Assembly (NCBI GenBank): GCA_949528465.1
Contig: CATIMP010000007.1
Span: forward strand, 1 to 56,147
DNA length: 56,147 nt
From: Bacteroidota bacterium
GTDB taxonomy: Bacteria; Bacteroidota; Bacteroidia; Flavobacteriales; Flavobacteriaceae
Reading direction: 5' to 3'
The notes below the pieces were generated by a model that was not told the origin of the DNA, did no database searches, and saw only the letters and a program-made list of their open reading frames with translations. The position numbers and the translations under genes are program-made. Below, in pieces: positions 19,621 to 30,480 of this stretch (its first letter is position 1; each line of letters opens with the position of its first letter).

Positions 19621-20865
19621 ATGCGAGCAGATATTATAACCATTGGTGATGAGATACTTATTGGGCAAATTGTGGACACTAATGCTGCTTTTCTTGGTAA
19701 AGCGCTTAACAAAATTGGGGTTGAGGTGCGTCAAATACGTTCTATTTCGGATGACAAGACGGCGATATTAGAGGCATTTAGTGAAGCCCAAAACAGTGTG
19801 GATTTAGTGGTTATGACTGGCGGCTTGGGGCCAACTAAAGACGACGTCACCAAACACACTTTATGTGAGTATTTTGATGATTCGTTAGTGTTTTGTCCAG
19901 ATGTGATGGCACATATCGAAATGCTTTTTTCTAAATATGTAAAAGCGCCTGTAAATGCACTAAATCGCTCTCAGGCAATGCTGCCTTCTACATGCAAGCA
20001 GTTGTTTAATCATCATGGAACTGCTATGGGTATGTGGATGCAAAAAGAAAACACCGTTTTTGTATCGCTTCCAGGTGTGCCTTTTGAGATGAAATATCTT
20101 GTCAGTAAATACCTTATACCAGGCATAAAAGAATCTTTTTCACTCCCCGCTTTGGTAAATAAAACCATGATGACCTACGGATTGGGAGAAAGTATAATTG
20201 CCGAAAAAATATCAGATTGGGAACATGCACTTCCTCCGCATATCAAATTGGCGTATTTACCCAACTTAGGGCGTGTTCGCTTGCGTTTGTCTGCAAAAGG
20301 AACGGATCAAGCCATATTACTCAACGAAATTGATGCTCTTTTTGACGCGCTTTACCCGATTATTGGTGAAAACATAAAGGGATTTGAGTCTGAAGAACCC
20401 ATTGAAATACAAATAGGAAATGCGCTAATTGCAAAGAATTATTCACTTGCTACTGCCGAAAGTTGCACGGGCGGTGCTTTGGCTGCTTTGTTTACCAAAA
20501 ACGCTGGCGCTTCGGCGTATTTTAAGGGCTCGGTGGTAAGTTATGCTACTGAACTCAAACATGCTATTTTAGACGTCTCAAAAGATGTTATCGCAAAGCA
20601 TTCTGTTGTAAGTGAGCCAGTTGCAATGGCAATGGCTCGAGGAGTTTTGCGTCATACCAAAGCAAATGTTTCCGTTGCAACAACGGGAAACTTTGGCCCA
20701 GCTAAAGGGGATGCCGATGCCGAAATTGGCACAGTTTGCATAGCCATCATCACTCCAGAACGCGAAGTTGTAGAAACCTTTTGCTTTGGGAAACACCGCG
20801 ATCGAAATCTCCAAAAAACAGTCAATAAGGCATTGGAATTGCTGCATGGTATTTTGGTTGATTAA
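19621..20865 (+). CDS. cinA: CinA family protein (MoCF-type domain plus nicotinamide-nucleotide amidohydrolase PncC domain)
   Basis: 414 aa. N-terminal IITIGDEILIGQIVDTN and C-terminal TAESCTGG motif. Confidence 0.9.
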   Translation: MRADIITIGDEILIGQIVDTNAAFLGKALNKIGVEVRQIRSISDDKTAILEAFSEAQNSVDLVVMTGGLGPTKDDVTKHTLCEYFDDSLVFCPDVMAHIEMLFSKYVKAPVNALNRSQAMLPSTCKQLFNHHGTAMGMWMQKENTVFVSLPGVPFEMKYLVSKYLIPGIKESFSLPALVNKTMMTYGLGESIIAEKISDWEHALPPHIKLAYLPNLGRVRLRLSAKGTDQAILLNEIDALFDALYPIIGENIKGFESEEPIEIQIGNALIAKNYSLATAESCTGGALAALFTKNAGASAYFKGSVVSYATELKHAILDVSKDVIAKHSVVSEPVAMAMARGVLRHTKANVSVATTGNFGPAKGDADAEIGTVCIAIITPEREVVETFCFGKHRDRNLQKTVNKALELLHGILVD

Positions 20866-20903
20866 CTTCGTTCAAAAAATTTTTTTAAAACACCATATTT
20901 CAC

Positions 20904-20911
20904 TAAGTTTG
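20904..20911 (+). promoter_or_regulatory. -7 box TAAGTTTG upstream of rpmB
   Basis: TAnnTTTG match 21 nt before ATG 20933. Confidence 0.45.
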
Positions 20912-20932
20912 CACCCTGTTAAAAAATAGGTC

Positions 20933-21169
20933 ATGTCGAAAGTATGTGAATTAACGGGCAAAAAAGCGATGGTTGGGAACAACGTGTCGCATGCCATGAA
21001 TAAAACCAAGCGCAAATTTGGCGCAAACCTTATCAAGAAACGTTTTTATCTTGTAGAGGAAGACAAGTGGATTACGCTTAAATTATCTACTTCGGCGTTA
21101 AAAACAATAAATAAAAAAGGGCTTTCAGCTGTGATTAAAGAAGCACGCGCTCAAGGTCTACTTAAATAA
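20933..21169 (+). CDS. rpmB: 50S ribosomal protein L28
   Basis: 78 aa, [21 protein letters not shown]... Confidence 0.95.
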   Translation: MSKVCELTGKKAMVGNNVSHAMNKTKRKFGANLIKKRFYLVEEDKWITLKLSTSALKTINKKGLSAVIKEARAQGLLK

Positions 21170-21177
21170 TATACGTC

Positions 21178-21360
21178 ATGGCTAAAAAAGGAAACCGCGT
21201 TCAAGTGATTTTAGAGTGTACCGAGCATAAAGACTCTGGTTTAGCTGGAACATCACGTTATATCACAACAAAGAACAAAAAAAATACGCCAGATCGTATT
21301 GAGATTAAAAAATTCAATCCGATTCTTAAGCGCATGACAGTTCACAAAGAAATTAAGTAA
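21178..21360 (+). CDS. rpmG: 50S ribosomal protein L33
   Basis: 60 aa, [17 protein letters not shown]... Confidence 0.95.
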   Translation: MAKKGNRVQVILECTEHKDSGLAGTSRYITTKNKKNTPDRIEIKKFNPILKRMTVHKEIK

Positions 21361-21362
21361 TT

Positions 21363-21515
21363 ATGGCAAAGAAAACCGTAGCATCCTTACAAACAAAATC
21401 AAAGCGTCTTACGAAAGCCATCAAAATGGTGCGTAGTGAAAAATCTGGCGCGTACACTTTTGTAGAAACCATCTTAGCACCAGAATTGGTAAATGACTGG
21501 TTGTCTAAAAAATAA
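21363..21515 (+). CDS. DUF4295-like 50-aa basic protein (absent from the ORF track because it is under 60 aa)
   Basis: My translation is MAKKTVASLQTKSKRLTKAIKMVRSEKSGAYTFVETILAPELVNDWLSKK then TAA. It starts 2 nt after the rpmG stop and lies before the operon terminator. Confidence 0.7.
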   Translation: MAKKTVASLQTKSKRLTKAIKMVRSEKSGAYTFVETILAPELVNDWLSKK

Positions 21516-21538
21516 ACCAATCCATATTTAATTATATA

Positions 21539-21563
21539 AAAGCCACTTTTAGTGGCTTTTTTT
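21539..21563 (+). terminator. Intrinsic terminator of the rpmB-rpmG-small ORF operon
   Basis: aaagccact-ttt-agtggcttt followed by extra Ts. Confidence 0.75.
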
Positions 21564-21587
21564 GTAGCCAAAACGTACCTTTATCAC

Positions 21588-22517
21588 ATGGGTTTTTTTA
21601 GTACATCTTCCGAACAATTACAATCTGGGCTTTCTACGACAAAGCGGGTCTGGACGCAGCGTCTAAAAAAAGCAGTATTGGGGCGCAGCTCAGTCGATGC
21701 CGACCTATTGGAAGAACTGGAGGAAGTATTGTTGATGTCTGATGTGGGCGTGGCAACTACACAAAAAATCATGGATCAGCTTCAAAAACGGGTCGCTAAA
21801 GAAAAATACCTTAATGTTTCAGAGTTAGATAAATTGCTCTATGACGAAATGGTAGCATTGTTATCTGCTACCGAATCTTCACAAAACGCTAGTACAGACA
21901 ATCTCCAAGTTATATTGGTAGTGGGTGTGAATGGCGCAGGTAAAACAACCTCTATTGGAAAGTTAGCACATCGTTATAAAAATGATGGGAAAAGCGTCAT
22001 GTTGGCTGCTGCGGATACCTTTAGAGCAGGGGCTGTCGCACAATTGCGATTATGGTCTGAGCGTGTTAATGTTCCTCTTGTGGAGCTTAATGAAGGAAGT
22101 GATCCAGCATCGGTAGCTTATACGGCTGTAGAGCGCGCCAAAAAAGAACAAATTGACGTGTTATTGATTGATACAGCAGGACGCTTACACAATAATACCA
22201 ATCTCATGCAGGAATTGGCAAAAATCCAGCGTGTTGTAAAAAAAGTAATTCCTGACGCACCTCACGAAGTATTACTTGTTTTAGACGGTGGTACAGGTCA
22301 AAACGCCTTTATGCAAGCCAAACAATTTGCTGAAGCTACTGCTGTTTCGGGTCTTGTTTTAACAAAGTTGGATGGCACTGCAAAAGGCGGCGTGGTTATC
22401 GGAATTTCTGACGAACTCGAAGTGCCCATTCGCTACATTGGAGTGGGGGAAGGCATAGATGATTTACTGTCATTTGATGCAAAAGAATTTTTAGATTCGC
22501 TTTTTGGCGATGCGTAA
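21588..22517 (+). CDS. ftsY: Signal recognition particle receptor FtsY
   Basis: SRP GTPase motifs GVNGAGKTT, DTAGR and TKLDG. Start set at ATG 21588, because the ORF-track start at 21552 lies inside the upstream terminator. Confidence 0.93.
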   Translation: MGFFSTSSEQLQSGLSTTKRVWTQRLKKAVLGRSSVDADLLEELEEVLLMSDVGVATTQKIMDQLQKRVAKEKYLNVSELDKLLYDEMVALLSATESSQNASTDNLQVILVVGVNGAGKTTSIGKLAHRYKNDGKSVMLAAADTFRAGAVAQLRLWSERVNVPLVELNEGSDPASVAYTAVERAKKEQIDVLLIDTAGRLHNNTNLMQELAKIQRVVKKVIPDAPHEVLLVLDGGTGQNAFMQAKQFAEATAVSGLVLTKLDGTAKGGVVIGISDELEVPIRYIGVGEGIDDLLSFDAKEFLDSLFGDA

Positions 22518-22528
22518 AGTCAATTAGT

Positions 22529-23845
22529 ATGCGAACAAAATCAACAAAGAAGAATAAAATTAACGTAGTTACCCTGGGGTGTTCCAAAAACATCTACGAT
22601 TCTGAGGTACTGATGGGGCAGCTTAAAGCCAGCAACAAAGATGTGGTTCATGAAGAACAAGGCAATATTGTTGTAGTGAATACGTGTGGTTTTATTGATA
22701 ATGCTAAAGAAGAATCGGTAAATACTATTTTGTCTTTTGCTGAGCAAAAAGAACAAGGTCAAATAGACAAGCTTTTTGTAACTGGTTGTTTGAGTGAGCG
22801 CTATAAGCCCGAATTAGAAGCTGAAATCCCAAATGTTGATGATTTTTTTGGGACAACCGATTTACCACTTTTACTCAAAGCTTTGGGAGCAGATTACCGC
22901 CATGAGTTGCTTGGAGAGCGCCTTACAATCACACCCAAAAATTATGCATATCTAAAAATTTCGGAAGGCTGCGACCGCCCCTGCTCATTCTGTGCTATTC
23001 CACTTATGCGTGGGTCACATCGCTCCAAGCCTATTGAAGATTTGGTTCAAGAAGCTAAAGGACTTGCCAAAAACGGAGTAAAAGAACTTATTATTATTGC
23101 GCAAGATTCTACTTACTACGGATTAGACTTATACAAAGAACGCCGTCTGGCAGATTTGCTAAAGGCACTTTCAAAAGTTGAGGGTATTGTGTGGATACGC
23201 TTACACTATGCTTTTCCAACGGGCTTTCCTGAAGATGTGTTAGAAGTAATTGCAACGGAACAAAAAGTGTGTTCTTACATCGATATTCCGCTGCAGCATA
23301 TTTCAGATACTGTTTTACGCTCTATGCGACGTGGAACTACACAAGAAAAAACTACGGCGTTACTCAAAAAATTTAGAACTGCAGTTCCTGACATGGCAAT
23401 TCGCACCTCGCTTATTTTGGGTTATCCTGGTGAAACAGAAGAAGATTTTGAATTATTAAAGTCTTGGGTCAGCGAAATGCGTTTTGAGCGGTTAGGTTGT
23501 TTTCAGTACAGCCACGAAGAAAACACACATGCACATGCTTTACACGACGATGTTCCTGCCGAAGTAAAACAAGCGCGCGTAAACGAACTCATGGAACTTC
23601 AAGCGCAGATTTCTTGGGAAAAAAATCAAACATTAATAGGTAAAACATTAAAATGTGTAATTGATAGAAAAGAAGGAAACTATTTTGTTGGGCGTACTGA
23701 ATTTGATTCTCCCGATGTGGATAATGAGGTTTGGGTGGATGCAAAAGAACATTATCTTAAGGTTGGCGATTTCACCAATTTGACCATCACAGCTGCGCAA
23801 GATTTTGATTTACAGGCAGTGCCTGCCATAGAAGAAGTGGCGTAA
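22529..23845 (+). CDS. rimO: Ribosomal protein S12 methylthiotransferase RimO (radical SAM)
   Basis: N-terminal UPF0004 cysteines (TLGCSKN...NTCGF), radical SAM CDRPCSFC, and a C-terminal TRAM region. Confidence 0.92.
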   Translation: MRTKSTKKNKINVVTLGCSKNIYDSEVLMGQLKASNKDVVHEEQGNIVVVNTCGFIDNAKEESVNTILSFAEQKEQGQIDKLFVTGCLSERYKPELEAEIPNVDDFFGTTDLPLLLKALGADYRHELLGERLTITPKNYAYLKISEGCDRPCSFCAIPLMRGSHRSKPIEDLVQEAKGLAKNGVKELIIIAQDSTYYGLDLYKERRLADLLKALSKVEGIVWIRLHYAFPTGFPEDVLEVIATEQKVCSYIDIPLQHISDTVLRSMRRGTTQEKTTALLKKFRTAVPDMAIRTSLILGYPGETEEDFELLKSWVSEMRFERLGCFQYSHEENTHAHALHDDVPAEVKQARVNELMELQAQISWEKNQTLIGKTLKCVIDRKEGNYFVGRTEFDSPDVDNEVWVDAKEHYLKVGDFTNLTITAAQDFDLQAVPAIEEVA

Positions 23846-23869
23846 CATGCGTCAATTTCACATATTAAC

Positions 23870-23877
23870 TACTTTTG
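23870..23877 (+). promoter_or_regulatory. -7 box TACTTTTG, 4 nt before the bshC GTG
   Basis: Exact TAnnTTTG. GTG at 23882. Confidence 0.45.
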
Positions 23878-23881
23878 CCAC

Positions 23882-25483
23882 GTGAAGTCAGTAGCATCTT
23901 TGGGGTTTCAGTCGGGCGTATATTCGCCTTTGATGCAGCTTTTGTTGCAATTAGATAAGTCGCTTCTCCCTTTTCATAATGGATTGGCATCCGTTTCGTC
24001 TGCTCAAAAAGCAGCTCAAAAGAGAGCTGCTACATTCTCAAAAGAAAGCCGTAAGGTATTGGTAGATACCATCCAAAATCAATACAGTCATTTAGACCAA
24101 AATGAAAAGGTCGCAGCAAATCTGCAGCTATTAAAAAATCCAAAGGCCGTTACAGTTACAACAGGCCATCAGTTAAATATTTTCACGGGTCCTTTGTTTT
24201 TTTGGTACAAGATTTTGGATGTGATAAATACAGCGGAACGTATGCAGCAGGCAGACAAATCCCACCACTATATTCCCGTGTTTTGGATGGCGTCAGAAGA
24301 TCACGATTTTGAAGAAATCAATCACTTTTTTTTAGGTGAGCAAAAAGTACGTTGGGAAACTAAATCAGGGGGTCCAGTAGGACGAATACCCACCAAAACT
24401 TTAGCTGATATGTACAGCCAATTGGAACCATATTGGAATACAACCCAACAGGGAAAAGAACGCTTAAGATTATTCGCAGATTGTTATTTGAATGAAGATA
24501 ATTTAGCTAATGCCACCCGAAAGTTAGTGGATGCGCTTTTTGGAAAATATGGTCTAATTATTGTTGATGGCGATGATCCTGTGCTTAAGAAAAGTTTTGT
24601 CCCTATGCTTCTCAAAGAAGTTAAAACACAACTAACAGCTGCATCAGTTTTAAAGACCGACAATGCTTTAGCAACAGCAATACCAAGCTATAAGCCACAG
24701 GTAAATCCAAGGGAAATTAATTTGTTTTATTTGCTGAGCGACAAACGTTTACGTATTGTAAAAAATGATAAAAATTACGCAACAACAGAAGGCACTTACA
24801 ATTGGGATGAATCTGCTTTGGAAACAGAAATACAATCGCATCCTGAGCGGTTTTCGCCAAATGCACTTATGCGCCCGCTATACCAGGAATTTGTATTGCC
24901 AAACATAACATACATAGGAGGTGGGGGTGAATTGGCATATTGGTTACAACTGAAGGCTGCTTTTGAAGCATTTGATATACCATACCCACTATTACAACAC
25001 CGCTCGAGTGTATTGCTAATGTCCGAAAAGCAAGTAAAGAAATGTTCCAATCTAAATCTTAGATTACAAGATTTATTTTTATCAAAAACTTCATTTATTA
25101 ACAAACGAGTACGTCAAATCAGCGATATTGACATTGATTTCAGTTCACAAAAAAGTGTGTTAATAAATCATTTTGAATCCTTAAAAGAACTTGCCAAACA
25201 AACCGATGCGTCTTTTTTGGGAGCGGTTAATGCACAAGAAAAAAAACAAATCAAGGGGTTGGAAAATCTTGAAAAAAGATTGCTTAAGGCGCAGCGAATC
25301 AAACTACAAGACCATATTATTCGCGCTACCGACATTCAAAATGCACTTTTCCCAAACGGGAAATTACAAGAAAGAACAGCTCATTTTTCTGCGGTTACAG
25401 GAGCTTCGTCTATAGATGCATTTACGCGTGCGTTAAAGATGGCTCTTTTAGACGCAGAGGGATTACAAATAGTACAGTATTAA
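23882..25483 (+). CDS. bshC: Bacillithiol biosynthesis cysteine-adding enzyme BshC (putative)
   Basis: 533 aa with YIGGGGELAYWLQLK and WMASEDHD motifs that I associate with BshC. GTG start inferred from N-terminal similarity to flavobacterial homologs as I recall them. Confidence 0.78.
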   Translation: MKSVASLGFQSGVYSPLMQLLLQLDKSLLPFHNGLASVSSAQKAAQKRAATFSKESRKVLVDTIQNQYSHLDQNEKVAANLQLLKNPKAVTVTTGHQLNIFTGPLFFWYKILDVINTAERMQQADKSHHYIPVFWMASEDHDFEEINHFFLGEQKVRWETKSGGPVGRIPTKTLADMYSQLEPYWNTTQQGKERLRLFADCYLNEDNLANATRKLVDALFGKYGLIIVDGDDPVLKKSFVPMLLKEVKTQLTAASVLKTDNALATAIPSYKPQVNPREINLFYLLSDKRLRIVKNDKNYATTEGTYNWDESALETEIQSHPERFSPNALMRPLYQEFVLPNITYIGGGGELAYWLQLKAAFEAFDIPYPLLQHRSSVLLMSEKQVKKCSNLNLRLQDLFLSKTSFINKRVRQISDIDIDFSSQKSVLINHFESLKELAKQTDASFLGAVNAQEKKQIKGLENLEKRLLKAQRIKLQDHIIRATDIQNALFPNGKLQERTAHFSAVTGASSIDAFTRALKMALLDAEGLQIVQY

Positions 25484-25532
25484 GCTGTTAAAAACTAATG
25501 CAAAAGCCATAACCACCAACGAAGTTTAGTTG

Positions 25533-25540
25533 TATTTTTG
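25533..25540 (+). promoter_or_regulatory. -7 box TATTTTTG, 3 nt before the guaA ATG
   Basis: Exact TAnnTTTG. ATG at 25544. Confidence 0.5.
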
Positions 25541-25543
25541 CAT

Positions 25544-27070
25544 ATGCAAAACAAAGTTCTTATTCTCGATTTTGGTTCGCAATACACGCAGCTTATTGCA
25601 CGACGTGTTCGAGAGCTCTCCATTTTTTGTGAAATTCACCCTTTCCACAGTGTTCCAGAAGACGTAACTTCTTTTAAGGCAGTTATACTTTCGGGCTCAC
25701 CTTTTTCGGTGCGCTCCGATGATGCGCCGCATCCCGATTTAAGCAATATTCGAACCAAAGTGCCACTTCTTGGCGTGTGTTATGGAGCACAATATTTGGC
25801 ACATTTTAATGGCGGTGAAGTTGCTCCTTCAAATACTAGGGAATATGGCCGCGCTAGGTTGGCAAACGTTGAAGAACATCTGTTTTTAAAGAATGTTCCA
25901 CTGGACTCACAAGTGTGGATGAGTCATAGTGATACCATAAAAAAATTACCAGATAATGCCATGCAATTAGCATCAACTCACGATGTTGCAAATGCTGCAT
26001 ATGCCATGGACGATAACATGACCTTTGGAATTCAGTTTCATCCTGAGGTTTATCATTCCACCGATGGAAAACAGTTGCTGCAGAACTTTTTGGTAGATAT
26101 TGCTGGCATTACACCTGACTGGACTTCGGATGCTTTTGTAGATACTACCGTGGCTCGATTAAAAGACCAATTGGGAGATGATAAAGTAATTTTAGGGCTT
26201 AGTGGTGGTGTAGATTCGTCTGTTGCTGCTATTTTGTTGCACAAAGCGATTGGTGCGAACCTGCACTGTATTTTTGTGAACAACGGATTGTTGCGTAAAA
26301 ATGAATTCTCGGAAGTGCTAATACAGTACGAACACATGGGGCTAAACGTTAAAGGCGTAGATGCTACTGACGCGTTTTTAGGTCAATTAGATGGCGTAAG
26401 TGATCCTGAAACCAAACGAAAGATTATTGGCCGGGTTTTTGTTGAGGTTTTTGACGAGGAGGCCAATAAAGTAGAAGGTGCTAAATGGCTTGCACAAGGA
26501 ACTATTTACCCTGATGTGATTGAATCTGTTTCTGTAAATGGACCATCGGCAACCATTAAGTCGCATCATAATGTAGGCGGCCTTCCTGATTTTATGAAAC
26601 TTAAAGTGGTAGAACCTTTGAATATGTTGTTTAAAGATGAAGTGCGTAGGGTTGGTGCAAGCCTCAATATGGCTCCTTCAATTTTAGGACGACATCCCTT
26701 TCCTGGACCTGGTTTAGCCATTCGTATTTTAGGTGATATTACAAGAGAAAAAGTAACAATGCTTCAAGAGGCAGATGCCATTTTTATACAAGGATTGCGC
26801 GATCATGGATTGTATGATGAGGTGTGGCAAGCTGGTGTGATGCTGTTACCCGTGAATTCAGTTGGTGTAATGGGTGATGAACGTACGTACGAAAAGTGTG
26901 TTGCCCTTCGTGCAGTAACATCAACAGACGGAATGACCGCAGATTGGGTACATTTGCCTTATGAATTCTTACAAGAAATTTCAAACCAAATCATTAATCG
27001 TGTTCCAGGAATTAACCGTGTGGTATATGATATTAGCTCAAAACCTCCTGCAACTATTGAGTGGGAATAG
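25544..27070 (+). CDS. guaA: GMP synthase (glutamine-hydrolysing)
   Basis: GATase domain ([23 protein letters not shown]), PP-loop SGGVDSS, and C-terminal KPPATIEWE. The ORF-track start at 25538 is TTG. I prefer ATG 25544. Confidence 0.97.
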   Translation: MQNKVLILDFGSQYTQLIARRVRELSIFCEIHPFHSVPEDVTSFKAVILSGSPFSVRSDDAPHPDLSNIRTKVPLLGVCYGAQYLAHFNGGEVAPSNTREYGRARLANVEEHLFLKNVPLDSQVWMSHSDTIKKLPDNAMQLASTHDVANAAYAMDDNMTFGIQFHPEVYHSTDGKQLLQNFLVDIAGITPDWTSDAFVDTTVARLKDQLGDDKVILGLSGGVDSSVAAILLHKAIGANLHCIFVNNGLLRKNEFSEVLIQYEHMGLNVKGVDATDAFLGQLDGVSDPETKRKIIGRVFVEVFDEEANKVEGAKWLAQGTIYPDVIESVSVNGPSATIKSHHNVGGLPDFMKLKVVEPLNMLFKDEVRRVGASLNMAPSILGRHPFPGPGLAIRILGDITREKVTMLQEADAIFIQGLRDHGLYDEVWQAGVMLLPVNSVGVMGDERTYEKCVALRAVTSTDGMTADWVHLPYEFLQEISNQIINRVPGINRVVYDISSKPPATIEWE

Positions 27071-28817
27071 ACGTCTTATCGTTTTTGTAGTTGCCCTTTT
27101 CTGCTTTGTAAGCGTTGCACAACAAGCAGAGGTGTCTCATTTTGTTGTTCATAAAGTAAAAAAGAAAGAAACCCTTGAAGGTATTGCCGCCAGGTATGAC
27201 ATAACTACTGAGCAAATTATTGCGCACAATCCATTTGCTAGTAAAGGGATTCGCAAACGGGATAAGCTTAAGATTCCCCGTTACAAAAAAGTAGTTAAGA
27301 TTGCATCAACTCCTGCGTTTGGAGAACACGTTGTGGTGCCCAAAGAAACCCTGTGGCGCGTGGCGTATACGTATGGGATTTCTATAGATTCTCTTCGTGT
27401 ATTAAACCCAGGACTAGGCGATACACTTTCCATTGGAGCATTACTGAGAGTTCCAATAAAAACAGCCGAAGAAAAAGCAGCACAGTTCAGCTATTACACG
27501 GTGCAGCCACGTGAAGGATATTATAGAATCGAACAAAAATTAGGACTGAGTCGTGAGAAACTGGAGGCCTTAAATCCTGAGCTTTTAAGCATTGATTTGC
27601 AAGCAGGAATGGTCTTGAAGATTCCAAAAAAACAAGTGGACACACTGTTGCAACAAAATTCCCAACGCATTTCAAAGCCAAGTTTTTGGGACAGCACGTT
27701 TGTAGCGCCTGTAGTTCGTGTAGCTCTAATGGCGCCGTTCCGACTTTCGCGCATAGAATTGGATTCTGTAATGCAAACTGAGAAAACACTTACAGAGCGC
27801 AACTTAACCACCATTGCATTGGACTTTTATGCAGGGATGCTTTTGGCAGCAGACAGCTTGAATACGGCTGGGCTAAGCGTTGAGCTTTCTGTTTTTGATA
27901 CTGAAAATCAACGGCACATTGTAGAACAAATCCTCAATGAGCAAGACTTTTCTCAATTTGACGCAGTTATTGGGCCATTTACCCCCGCAAACGTAAGTCG
28001 TGTTTCGCAGGCAATGTCGTTTTTTAATACTCCGGTTGTTTCCCCCTTAACGCCGCGAAATTTCCAATCCTATAAAACGAGTTTTAACTCTATTCCTAGT
28101 AAAGAAAACCTAAGTAAACGCATAGCCACGTACATCGATTCCATTGATGCGATTACAGAAAACCCATGTATTTTGATTATTTCGGATGATAAAAACCGAA
28201 AAACAGAGTTGAGATTACAGGAGCAATTTCCACTGGCAGAAATTATTCGGCCTGATGAGCGATTTGGATTCGTGGCGCCTGACGATGTAGATTCTTTACT
28301 CACACCAACACGACCTAACTGGGTGTTTTTAGAAAGCGAGGACTTAAATCTTGTAACGAGTATGACCTCTATGCTTAATGCACAACAACGCGACGATAGG
28401 CAAGTCCAATTGTTTACACATTATCGTTCGGCTACCTACGACGACCCCAATGTTTCGCAAGAACATTTGGGAAATGTACGGTTCACATACCCAAGTAATT
28501 TTCATGTTAAACAAGACAGCATAAGATTAAAATTTGATGCAACCTATAAAACTCGTTTTGGTAAAGTTCCAAACCGAACAGCAGTAAAAGGATTTGATTT
28601 GATGATTGATGTAGCGCTTCGTATTGCTGTGAAGCGTAGCTTATATGACGGCGTATCATTGGGATTGGGAGAACAACTTCAACATAGATTTGAGTACACA
28701 CCCACACCTAAAGGGGGTTACGAAAATACGGCCACCTATATCATTCAGCAACAGGGCTTTGAAATGATTGAAGTAGAACCTCCCAGCATCCTCATGGATT
28801 CGTTGCAGTCTAGGTAG
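27027..28817 (+). CDS. Secreted protein with three LysM repeats followed by a periplasmic-binding-protein (type 1)-like domain
   Basis: Three LysM-like units ([16 protein letters not shown]..., [16 protein letters not shown]..., [16 protein letters not shown]...). Signal-like [19 protein letters not shown]. The start is ambiguous (ATG 27027 or TTG 27057) and both overlap the guaA 3' end. Confidence 0.8.
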   Translation: MILAQNLLQLLSGNRRLIVFVVALFCFVSVAQQAEVSHFVVHKVKKKETLEGIAARYDITTEQIIAHNPFASKGIRKRDKLKIPRYKKVVKIASTPAFGEHVVVPKETLWRVAYTYGISIDSLRVLNPGLGDTLSIGALLRVPIKTAEEKAAQFSYYTVQPREGYYRIEQKLGLSREKLEALNPELLSIDLQAGMVLKIPKKQVDTLLQQNSQRISKPSFWDSTFVAPVVRVALMAPFRLSRIELDSVMQTEKTLTERNLTTIALDFYAGMLLAADSLNTAGLSVELSVFDTENQRHIVEQILNEQDFSQFDAVIGPFTPANVSRVSQAMSFFNTPVVSPLTPRNFQSYKTSFNSIPSKENLSKRIATYIDSIDAITENPCILIISDDKNRKTELRLQEQFPLAEIIRPDERFGFVAPDDVDSLLTPTRPNWVFLESEDLNLVTSMTSMLNAQQRDDRQVQLFTHYRSATYDDPNVSQEHLGNVRFTYPSNFHVKQDSIRLKFDATYKTRFGKVPNRTAVKGFDLMIDVALRIAVKRSLYDGVSLGLGEQLQHRFEYTPTPKGGYENTATYIIQQQGFEMIEVEPPSILMDSLQSR

Positions 28818-28828
28818 TTTATTCTTTG

Positions 28829-28836
28829 TATTTTTG
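28829..28836 (+). promoter_or_regulatory. -7 box TATTTTTG upstream of pyrG
   Basis: TAnnTTTG match 21 nt before ATG 28858. Confidence 0.45.
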
Positions 28837-28845
28837 CACCTTTAA

Positions 28846-30477
<1,632 letters not shown>

Positions 30478-30480
30478 CGA

